From positions 73,445 to 137,444 of IMG/VR virus record IMGVR_UViG_3300042314_001189: 64,000 nt of DNA; one strand, given 5' to 3'. Below the pieces are notes generated by a model. It was not told where the DNA came from. It was given only the letters and a program-made list of their open reading frames with translations, and ran no database searches. Source of the stretch: a virus. Shown here piece by piece: positions 57,069 to 64,000 of the stretch; position 1 is the stretch's first letter; every line of letters starts with the position of its first letter. Both the position numbers and the translations under genes were made by a program.

Positions 57069-57640
57069 GCTTTAAAATCACTCATATTGATAACAATGTT
57101 GTCCATGAAAGATTTGTCAACATAAGACCTTTCTTTATTGACTGGCCAACCACTTTTTAAATTGTTGTCAATGTGTGCTTGAAGCTGAAGATGCGGAGAC
57201 CTATTTGCTGGTATTTTTGGGTCAGCCAAAACAATACTAGGCATACGATTGTCATATATCCCAATGTAGTAAGAAAGACCACTTTTAACGTCTTCTTTAC
57301 GTTGAGCCGTGACAACAGCTGTTACTGGATTACCTTTAACTGGTTGTACTTTAACCATACCTAGAGGTACCAAAACACAAATACCTTCTTTGCCTTTTTT
57401 ACCAATAGGGTAATCAGTAGCAATAACTGCATTTATTTTATCTTTTAATTTTGCTTGAAGTTGTGAGATTATCCAAGCGTCTTGTGTTTCTTTAGATGCG
57501 TTAGGTAAATAAACATTTGCTGGTAATTGAATACCAATGATATCGTTAACTACTTCATTAACACGGTCATTAAAGTGAGCCATTGGGTCGGCTTCGGTAA
57601 TATATTCTAAAAGATATTTTTTCAATAAGTCTTTAATCAT
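57065..57640 (-). CDS. hypothetical protein (head-targeting-like N-terminus)
   Basis: MIKDLLKKYLLEYITE; TATTTATA upstream. Confidence 0.6.
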   Translation of the reverse strand: MIKDLLKKYLLEYITEADPMAHFNDRVNEVVNDIIGIQLPANVYLPNASKETQDAWIISQLQAKLKDKINAVIATDYPIGKKGKEGICVLVPLGMVKVQPVKGNPVTAVVTAQRKEDVKSGLSYYIGIYDNRMPSIVLADPKIPANRSPHLQLQAHIDNNLKSGWPVNKERSYVDKSFMDNIVINMSDFKA

Positions 57641-57761
57641 GATAATATTTTACTATAAATATTGTAAAAAAATAATAAAACACTTGACAAACATAAAAAA
57701 AAGTAGTATCTTTGTGTAACTTTTATAAATAATGGTATATTTAATAAAAAACAAAAAAATT

Positions 57762-57836
57762 ATGAAAACTATTAACACAGTACTTACTTTATTATTATGT
57801 TTGCTAGTGGCAGACTGGGTGGGCTATGCGTGTTAA
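57762..57836 (+). CDS. attenuator leader peptide 2 (MKTINTVLTLLLCLLVADWVGYAC)
   Basis: Follows TTGACA 57684 / TATCTTTG 57707; codons 7-16 are V,L,T,L,L,L,C,L,L,V, matching downstream Cys/Val/Leu tRNAs. Confidence 0.85.
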   Translation: MKTINTVLTLLLCLLVADWVGYAC

Positions 57837-57860
57837 AAGTTGAATACTATATAACAAGAG

Positions 57861-57891
57861 AAGCCCATCTAAGTAATTAGATGGGTTTTTT
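57861..57891 (+). terminator. attenuator terminator 2
   Basis: AAGCCCATCTAA gtaa TTAGATGGGTTT T-run; 5' arm pairs with TGGGTGGGCT (57816-57825). Confidence 0.85.
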
Positions 57892-57898
57892 GCTTTAT

Positions 57899-57969
57899 GG
57901 CACCGTGGCCGAGTGGCTAGGCAGAGGTCTGCAAAACCTCGAACACTGGTTCGAATCCAGTCGGTGCCT
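57899..57969 (+). tRNA. tRNA-Cys (GCA)
   Basis: Cloverleaf, loop CTGCAAA, U73. Confidence 0.9.
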
Positions 57970-57984
57970 CTAAAAATAATAATT

Positions 57985-58137
57985 ATGGAAAAAGAAAAAA
58001 CAGTATTAACGGGTAAATTTAAAGGTTCTAGGGAATTTTTTAGACCAAAAGTGAATCAATTAGAAAATAATTTTAATTGGGGTAAAATGATAAAAAAGTT
58101 GTTAAAGACTAAAAAAAAAGTAAAAAAAGTGTTATGA
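57985..58137 (+). CDS. small basic protein
   Basis: ATG 57985, about 50 aa. Confidence 0.45.
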   Translation: MEKEKTVLTGKFKGSREFFRPKVNQLENNFNWGKMIKKLLKTKKKVKKVL

Positions 58138-58472
58138 TTAGTAGTAAAGAGTTCTTAATGAACAGAGATGAAACGGGTAGACTTATTGTCAAAATGCTTG
58201 ACGGTACAAACAAACAATATTTTGTTGAGTTTATTGAACCTAAAGGCGGTATTAGAACAGATTGGGGTTCTTATAACCCTAGTACTGGGAACATCGAGAA
58301 TAAAAAAGGTGCTGGTAAGTACAATGGTGGTATACCAGCAAGTGAATCATTGATTACTGTCAAAAATGGTTTTAGTGAAGAAAACGCTAACACTATTTAC
58401 GAAGGGGCTTCGTTTGAATCTACTATAACAGAAATGCACGCTAAATGGAAAAAAGAAAATGGTTATGCTTAA
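58134..58472 (+). CDS. hypothetical protein
   Basis: 112 aa ORF. Confidence 0.6.
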   Translation: MISSKEFLMNRDETGRLIVKMLDGTNKQYFVEFIEPKGGIRTDWGSYNPSTGNIENKKGAGKYNGGIPASESLITVKNGFSEENANTIYEGASFESTITEMHAKWKKENGYA

Positions 58473-58767
58473 TGAAACTGAAATAAAAAAAGACTTATTT
58501 AAGTCAAAAGCAATGGCTAAGTTTAATCACTATATTGCTGGTAACTTATATTACAACGTTGAAGTATTTGGTGATATGTATGTATTTCCGATTGCAACTG
58601 TAGAAGAAGTAATTGAAACTGATTCGTTTGAAAGAGAAGAAATACAAACACTAAAATTATCTTCAGATTTAGGTACAACTATATTTAAAAGTGAAATTAG
58701 AGGTTCTGAATTAGCTAGATGGATTAGTAAAGCCATAAAGAATGAAACATTTATAAAGCTAGGGTAA
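58459..58767 (+). CDS. hypothetical protein
   Basis: 102 aa ORF. Confidence 0.6.
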   Translation: MVMLNETEIKKDLFKSKAMAKFNHYIAGNLYYNVEVFGDMYVFPIATVEEVIETDSFEREEIQTLKLSSDLGTTIFKSEIRGSELARWISKAIKNETFIKLG

Positions 58768-58779
58768 AACCTAGTATAT

Positions 58780-58851
58780 TGGACTGTAACTCAGAGGCAG
58801 AGTGCTGCTATGACATGGCAGAAGTCGGGATTTCAAAATTCCCCAGTCCAA
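58780..58851 (+). tRNA. tRNA-Val (GAC)
   Basis: Cloverleaf, loop ATGACAT. Confidence 0.8.
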
Positions 58852-58858
58852 CAAATAT

Positions 58859-58931
58859 TGAGATATAGCTCAGTGGAAGTAGCAACTCCCTTACATGGAG
58901 AAGGTCGTAGGTTCGAATCCTACTATCTCAA
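58859..58931 (+). tRNA. tRNA-Val (TAC)
   Basis: Cloverleaf, loop CTTACAT. Confidence 0.85.
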
Positions 58932-58990
58932 CTTTAATGTTTCATAAAAAGTGAAACAAACAATTAAATTTCACATAAAGTGAAATAAAT

Positions 58991-59023
58991 GCTTCGGTGG
59001 TGGAATAGGTAGACACGAGGGAC
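58991..59023 (+). pseudogene. 5' half of a tRNA-Leu truncated at the anticodon loop
   Basis: GCTTCGG-TGGTGGAATAGGTAGACAC-GAGGGAC then unrelated sequence leading to HNH gene. Confidence 0.7.
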
Positions 59024-59055
59024 GACTTTTCTATCATATCTACATATTTATTAGT

Positions 59056-59484
59056 ATGGAAGATATGGAATTTATCAAAGTGTGTCAAGAATCTGACACC
59101 ATGGCAAAAGCGGCTGCGACTTTAGGGTTGCATTTTAATACTTTTAAACGTAAAGCGGTTAAATTAGGTTGTTATAAACCAAATCAAGCTGGTAAAGGTA
59201 TTACTAAAAAAGATAATGGTAATAAAATATCATTAGATGAAATATTAGGTGGTAAACACCCTTATTACCAAACTAATAAATTGAGGAAAAGATTGATTAG
59301 TGAGGGTTATAAAACTGGTGAGTGTGAAGAATGTCATATTACTGAATGGAATGGTAAACCAATAACTATTGAATTAGACCATATAGACGGTAATAGAAAT
59401 AACCATTCATTAGAAAACTTGAAAATGTTATGTCCAAACTGCCATAGTCAGACACCAACATTTAGAGGTAAAAAAAGAGAATAA
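59056..59484 (+). CDS. HNH homing endonuclease
   Basis: CEEC, ELDHIDGNRNNHSLENLKMLCPNCHSQT; N-terminal HTH-like segment. Confidence 0.9.
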   Translation: MEDMEFIKVCQESDTMAKAAATLGLHFNTFKRKAVKLGCYKPNQAGKGITKKDNGNKISLDEILGGKHPYYQTNKLRKRLISEGYKTGECEECHITEWNGKPITIELDHIDGNRNNHSLENLKMLCPNCHSQTPTFRGKKRE

Positions 59485-59568
59485 GCTCCGATGGTGGAAC
59501 TGGTAGACACGCAGCACTTAAAATGCTGTTCCCAGACGGGAGTGAGGGTTCGAGTCCCTCTCGGAGTA
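59485..59568 (+). tRNA. tRNA-Leu (TAA)
   Basis: Variable arm, loop CTTAAAA. Confidence 0.9.
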
Positions 59569-59576
59569 CAATATAT

Positions 59577-59658
59577 GCGGATATGGGGGAATTGGTAGAC
59601 CCGCTGGTCTTAGAAACCAGTGCCGAAAGGCGTGCGAGTTCGAGTCTCGCTATCCGTA
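59577..59658 (+). tRNA. tRNA-Leu (TAG)
   Basis: Variable arm, loop CTTAGAA. Confidence 0.9.
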
Positions 59659-59661
59659 CAA

Positions 59662-59982
59662 ATGATAACAAAATTAGTAAACATTAAGAATGAACCTTAC
59701 GATGTCTATATCGGTAGAGGTTCTAAATGGGGTTGTCCTTATACAATAATCAAAGATAGACGAACACTTGCAACTGAAATAGTTGGTTCTAAAGAAGAAG
59801 CTTTATCCAAGTATCGAGATTATGTGTTGGCTAGTCCAGAACTTATGAGTTCACTAAGTGAATTGGAGGGGAAGACGTTGGGTTGTTTTTGCAAACCAGA
59901 AAAATGTCATGGTGATATCTTGTTAGAATTATTAGAAAGAGAAAAATTAAAAAAATTTTTTAATAATAATTTGGATAAGTAA
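59662..59982 (+). CDS. DUF4326-family protein
   Basis: YDVYIGRGSKWG, ELEGKTLGCFCKPEKCHGDIL. Confidence 0.8.
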   Translation: MITKLVNIKNEPYDVYIGRGSKWGCPYTIIKDRRTLATEIVGSKEEALSKYRDYVLASPELMSSLSELEGKTLGCFCKPEKCHGDILLELLEREKLKKFFNNNLDK

Positions 59983-60023
59983 AATATTATTATTACCTTT
60001 GTGTATAATCTTATATTTATATT

Positions 60024-60335
60024 ATGGTAGCAATTTGGTTTATATGTTTAGTTTTGGTAACTAGAATCATTGAGTTTAGAATCTTTATGAAGAAAGTAAG
60101 CAAAATGTGTAACAAGTACGATTGGAATTACATCAACGAAAATCCAATGTGTTTACTTGATAAGATGGAAAACGAAAATGGTTATTATTTAACTAGTGAA
60201 TGGTCAGCTTACAACTTTTTATTTTTGAAAGGTCCAAGCCCCAAACAAATGTTTTTATCATTTAAACCATTAACTATTGAATACCAATATAACAAAGAAG
60301 TAGTTGATAAAGTAAGAAAATATGAGATTAAGTGA
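60024..60335 (+). CDS. hypothetical protein
   Basis: 103 aa, N-terminal hydrophobic. Confidence 0.5.
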   Translation: MVAIWFICLVLVTRIIEFRIFMKKVSKMCNKYDWNYINENPMCLLDKMENENGYYLTSEWSAYNFLFLKGPSPKQMFLSFKPLTIEYQYNKEVVDKVRKYEIK

Positions 60336-60972
60336 GATTTATATCAAAGAATTTTTTTTAAAAGAATTTTGGGGTAATGTAAGTGAAGATTTATTAAGTG
60401 AGGTTGACACTTCTGGTATCAATGCCTTATTAAGTAAAGCTGATGAATTAGTTTTTAAAAAATTTAGAATCTTACCCAACAATAAGTCTTATTTCATTGC
60501 TGGTTCAGCTAGACTATATTTGTATCCTAAATTAAGAGATGCGTTTGGTTTGAGTGGTACGATAGGTGATTTAGATTTAGTTATCCCAAATGAACAACTT
60601 TGGGTGAACGCTGGGTTACAAGAAGAATTACAAAAAGGTGGTATATATAGACCAACAAAAGATGGTTCAGTTGAAGCGTTTACTATCTGGGACCCATCAA
60701 AAGCTGGTGGTTCATATGCTGATGTAAAAGTTAGGTCAACCAATGAAATATTAGCCAGTGCTGATTTAATTGATGGTTATTATTATATGAGCATGGCAGA
60801 TGTTGCTGATTATAAAACAAAGTTGAGTAGGGATAAAGAACAAGAAGTTGTAAACCTTATCAACCAATATAAAGAGAGTAGCGGTGAGGATAAACATGGT
60901 TTTTTAAGACAAATAATTCATGCGATAGGTCTTAACAATGCTAGAGAATTCTTGGGTGGGATAAGAAAATAA
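60322..60972 (+). CDS. nucleotidyltransferase-like protein
   Basis: YFIAGSARL...GDLDLVI (GS...DxD). Confidence 0.55.
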   Translation: MRLSEIYIKEFFLKEFWGNVSEDLLSEVDTSGINALLSKADELVFKKFRILPNNKSYFIAGSARLYLYPKLRDAFGLSGTIGDLDLVIPNEQLWVNAGLQEELQKGGIYRPTKDGSVEAFTIWDPSKAGGSYADVKVRSTNEILASADLIDGYYYMSMADVADYKTKLSRDKEQEVVNLINQYKESSGEDKHGFLRQIIHAIGLNNAREFLGGIRK

Positions 60973-61062
60973 TAAAAAAATTTTAAAAAAAACTTGACAT
61001 TTTACAAAATAGTTAGTACCTTTGTATAACTTTTAAAAAAAACGAAATATTTAATTAGAACA

Positions 61063-61152
61063 ATGAGAACAATTAACAACATATTTGAATTTGATTTCTT
61101 CGCAGCCGAGGCCGATTTTAGCCTAGGAAGGTCAACTCATGTCAAAAGTTAA
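61063..61152 (+). CDS. attenuator leader peptide 3 (MRTINNIFEFDFFAAEADFSLGRSTHVKS)
   Basis: Follows TTGACA 60994 / TACCTTTG 61017; codons 8-19 are all F,E,D,A, matching downstream tRNAs. Confidence 0.85.
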   Translation: MRTINNIFEFDFFAAEADFSLGRSTHVKS

Positions 61153-61178
61153 CGAAACTCGTAAACAATATTGATTAG

Positions 61179-61207
61179 AAGCTTGGCCGAAACGCCAAGC
61201 TTTTTTT
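61179..61207 (+). terminator. attenuator terminator 3
   Basis: AAGCTTGGC cgaaac GCCAAGCTT T-run; 5' arm can pair with GGTCAACT (61130-61137). Confidence 0.85.
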
Positions 61208-61283
61208 GTTTAGATAAATTAAAAAAAAAGTTGTAAATAAATTTGGATATGTCAAAAATTATTTATACCTTTGTAAAAGAAAA

Positions 61284-61356
61284 GGGAAGATAGCTCAGTT
61301 GGTAGAGCACGGCACTGAAGATGCTGGTGTCGGGGGTTCGAATCCCTCTCTTCCCA
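61284..61356 (+). tRNA. tRNA-Phe (GAA)
   Basis: Cloverleaf, loop CTGAAGA. Confidence 0.9.
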
Positions 61357-61418
61357 CAAATATGGAACAACATCGCTCCCGATATGCCATGGCTTGTATA
61401 CGAGTAACGGGAGACAAT

Positions 61419-61490
61419 GGCCCATTCGTCTAACGGTTAGGACGTTAGGTTTTCAACCTAGAAACACGAGTTCGATTCTCGTATGGGCTA
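61419..61490 (+). tRNA. tRNA-Glu (TTC)
   Basis: Cloverleaf, loop TTTTCAA. Confidence 0.85.
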
Positions 61491-61491
61491 C

Positions 61492-61645
61492 AAAACATCT
61501 GGTGAGGTAAGACTGGTAGGCTTCTAATCCGACCCCTCGCAAGAGGAAGGAGAGACTAACGAAATAACCAAACTAGTAGTTAGTCGAAGGGATTTACTTG
61601 AATCATCGAGTTTGGTGTAGAGTAAATTGTGTAACTGGGTGTTTT
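61492..61645 (+). ncRNA. structured intergenic RNA of unknown family
   Basis: AAAACATCTGG/CTGGGTGTTTT terminal stem; internal hairpins CCTC-GCAA-GAGG, GACTAAC/GTTAGTC, ATTTACT/AGTAAAT. Confidence 0.45.
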
Positions 61646-61649
61646 ATTT

Positions 61650-61723
61650 GGTCTGTTAGTAGAGTTGGTTACAATATCGCACTGTCACTGCGAAGGTCAC
61701 GGGTTCGAATCCCGTACAGACCG
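61650..61723 (+). tRNA. tRNA-Asp (GTC)
   Basis: Cloverleaf, loop CTGTCAC, G73. Confidence 0.9.
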
Positions 61724-61726
61724 CAA

Positions 61727-61963
61727 AAATAACATACAGCAAATTTTATTTGTGGTGGTAAGTTAGTGAAAACTACACTAAAATAATTTATGTTGATTCG
61801 AAAGATATTATTGATATAGTGAGATTGTGTGGTCACACATTAACTGGTCAGAAATCAGCTCACCTAGTATTAGAATATATTAGTAGATAAATAAATTAAA
61901 ATGTCGTCAAAATATTAAGAAGGTTTAACCTTGACCAAGTTAAAAGACCTTAAATGTTATTTG
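61727..61963 (+). ncRNA. CAGCAA bulged-stem ncRNA, copy F
   Basis: AAATAACAT-ACAGCAA ... ATGTTATTT-G. Confidence 0.5.
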
Positions 61964-62014
61964 TTAAAATGAAGTTGGTAATTCACCGTAAAACCGTGGT
62001 TTCTTCATTTATCT

Positions 62015-62087
62015 GGGGAAGTAGCTCAACTGGCTGAGCGTTACCTTTGCAAGGTAAAGGATGTGGGTTCGAATCCCATCTTCTCCA
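62015..62087 (+). tRNA. tRNA-Ala (TGC)
   Basis: G3-U70, loop TTTGCAA. Confidence 0.9.
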
Positions 62088-62222
62088 CAAACAGTACCTC
62101 GATGCTTCCCATAAGAACAGCACAGAGGTCTTGTTCTCACGTAAACGAATAGCCCTAGGCATAAGTTATGGTGAGAGACCCATCCTCTCTTTGGTAGACG
62201 TATCGAATGATGATGGTAATCT

Positions 62223-62296
62223 GGGGGATTAGCTCAGCTGGCTAGAGCACCGCACTTGCACTGCGGGGGTCAACGGTTCGAATCCGTTATCCTCCA
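62223..62296 (+). tRNA. tRNA-Ala (TGC)
   Basis: G3-U70, loop CTTGCAC. Confidence 0.9.
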
Positions 62297-62301
62297 CAAT
62301 T

Positions 62302-62373
62302 GGCCCATTCGACAAGTGGTTAAGTCGTTGCCCTTTCACGGCAGAGTCACGGGTTCGAATCCCGTATGGGTCA
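62302..62373 (+). tRNA. tRNA-Glu (TTC)
   Basis: Cloverleaf, loop CTTTCAC. Confidence 0.9.
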
Positions 62374-62414
62374 CAATAATAAACGGCAAGTCCGTTAAAT
62401 AAAAACGAACAAAA

Positions 62415-62914
62415 ATGATAGGTCAAGGGGGCAACAGCTTGGACGCAATTTAACCAAGCAACAACGTATAGAGTTACGCAAAGAAGAGATAGGTAGCAAA
62501 TTAGATAGAAAGCTACAAAAATACTCACAAGGGTTCAACGAAATCTTTAATTTTTTCTTACAATCATATAGAAGTGGTTTATTAACATTCTGTGGTTCGA
62601 TTGTTGAAGTTGAATTCGATGTCAATGGTTTTGAAGGTAAAAATACTTTTAGGAAATATGACAACGGACAATATCAACAAGGCAAATCTATTATAACAAG
62701 GCATCCAAACATTGTAAAAAGCGTTATAATAGGAAAAAAATCATGGGGTTTATGGGTTAATCAATGGTCAGATGGTATTGTTGAAGGTACTTTCACAAAG
62801 AGAGAAATACTACAAGAGTTTGAAGACAAGAACATAAAGATACCAGAACCACTACTAATAGATTTTGAAAACAGAATCTACAATAAGATAAAGAAGAAAT
62901 ATGGAAAACTTTAG
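62415..62914 (+). CDS. frameshifted or non-AUG-start hypothetical gene (about 165 aa)
   Basis: Stop-free frame 62399-62914 (NLTKQQRIELRKEE...KYGKL*) has no ATG; ATG 62415 is in the +1 frame and stops at 62451-62453. Confidence 0.5.
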
Positions 62915-63092
62915 TTTTGAACTTAACAAAGATTATTATCTGGAAAAAGGTAAAATAATTTATACCGAATACTATCTAAGAAAAAGAGGTACGTGTTGCG
63001 GTAGTGGTTGTAGGCATTGTCCTTTCGACCCATCTTTTACAAAGGGTAATAAAATTTTGAAAGAAAAAATAGATAAAAACTTGAATGATTAA
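62901..63092 (+). CDS. DUF5522-like Cys-rich small protein
   Basis: YLRKRGTCCGSGCRHCPF. Confidence 0.75.
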   Translation: MENFSFELNKDYYLEKGKIIYTEYYLRKRGTCCGSGCRHCPFDPSFTKGNKILKEKIDKNLND

Positions 63093-63347
63093 AAATTTAT
63101 AAGTACATTTGTATTATGAAAAAAAGAATGTTACAGAAGATTATGCAAATGATGGCTAACTATGTTATTTACATGTTAGAGAATTCTAGAAGTGATGAAA
63201 TGTTTAATTACTATTTTGAGATTGGTGCTAAATTAGATGCTTATGCGGTAGAATTCCATGACATATATTTAGATTAAAAAAAATATTAAAAAAAACTTGC
63301 ATATTTGAAAATTAATTAATACCTTTGCATTGTAAAAAAAAAAACAA

Positions 63348-63812
63348 ATGAAAAATTCAAAACAAATCAAATCGTTCATCCTTAAAAAAGGAAACAAATT
63401 AACAAACTCTGAAATGGCGACCAAATTAGGTGTACCAACAATGACATTCGCTGGTGTGTTAGCGCACATGAAAAGAAAAGGTGAGGTACCTAGTGATTTT
63501 TTGAAAACAGATTTACTTAAAACACAGAAAACAACTGTAAGTAAAACAACTGTTAGCAACCCAAAACTTACTGTGAACTTTTCAAAAGTTGCTGTAATTA
63601 AAAAATCAGAGTTGACATCTCAGTTACGCAATCGTTTGGCTGACCAAAACAAAACATTAATCAGCGGTAAAACTTTTTACAATGGAAATGCTTTTGATAA
63701 AGTTATTGAAAACCATGACTCTTATTCTAGAGGTTTAACTGAAAAATCTTTATCTAGAATTGAAGGTTTAGGTCGTGTTTTTGCTGAATGTGACTACATT
63801 GAAATAATCTAA
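63348..63812 (+). CDS. hypothetical basic protein (possible HTH)
   Basis: 154 aa; TNSEMATKLGVP. Confidence 0.55.
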   Translation: MKNSKQIKSFILKKGNKLTNSEMATKLGVPTMTFAGVLAHMKRKGEVPSDFLKTDLLKTQKTTVSKTTVSNPKLTVNFSKVAVIKKSELTSQLRNRLADQNKTLISGKTFYNGNAFDKVIENHDSYSRGLTEKSLSRIEGLGRVFAECDYIEII

Positions 63813-64000
63813 AAAAAAAAAGTAACCGAACAAAGCGTAGGATATTAAGCGTGGAGAGACGTGTCGCAATGGTACACACTAAGGATAGGCCCTCAATCTG
63901 TAAGCCGCAAGCCCAGAGGAAGCCCAGCTCTCTAATGGTGTGTGAAGCTCATAAATGTTTATGACGATAGTATAGAAACTATAAGAGATGTTTGTGGTTG

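Noticed and set aside
58991-59568. Group I intron splitting tRNA-Leu
   Set aside because: No intron core or matching 3' exon; the downstream tRNA is complete with its own 5' half.
759-60743. Many minus-strand ORFs antisense to long plus-strand genes (e.g. 759-1055, 5361-5765, 16452-17048, 29702-30259, 31834-32421)
   Set aside because: Shadow ORFs from codon bias; no motifs, promoters or independent support.
1-64000. Genome-wide stop-codon reassignment (TAG or TGA), suggested by the suppressor tRNA and RF gene
   Set aside because: Standard code 11 gives dense full-length genes and several genes end cleanly at TAG or TGA; in-frame stops were seen only in the RF-like and Pth2-like genes.
63820-64000. 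GC-richer non-coding stretch at the window end, possible ncRNA
   Set aside because: Truncated by the window edge and no recognisable family or closing stem visible.

Overview
AT-rich, gene-dense 64 kb segment of a large ('huge'/jumbo, T4-superfamily-like) tailed phage. Many TAnnTTTG (-7) promoters, a histone-H1-like gene and a PLPIEL-type secreted protein suggest a Bacteroidota host. It encodes virion/lysis-type genes (tail-tube-like, GH19 lysin, amidase-like, holin-like), two sigma70-family factors, RNase HII, DnaJ, ClpP, DNA ligase, PARP and a two-component system. It also carries a large translation/RNA-rescue kit: about 25 tRNA genes (nearly all lacking encoded CCA), a CCA-adding enzyme, tmRNA, two RNA ligases, a kinase/2H end-healing enzyme, two Pth2-like proteins, an RF1-like factor and a Ro60/TROVE-like protein. 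Main finding: three tRNA clusters are each preceded by a short M(R/K)TIN leader ORF, an antiterminator-complementary segment and an intrinsic terminator. Each leader's codons match the tRNAs encoded just downstream (I/N/H/M/S/W/R; V/L/C; F/E/D/A). This looks like ribosome-mediated attenuation that turns on phage tRNA operons when those tRNAs run short. In parallel, two rescue genes appear stop-codon-gated: the RF1-like gene has two in-frame UGA-CU codons, and a Pth2-like gene has UAG at codon 3 just downstream of a CUA-anticodon suppressor tRNA. A repeated CAGCAA bulged-stem ncRNA family accompanies the Ro60-like gene. All protein calls come from motif recognition by eye; no database searches were run.
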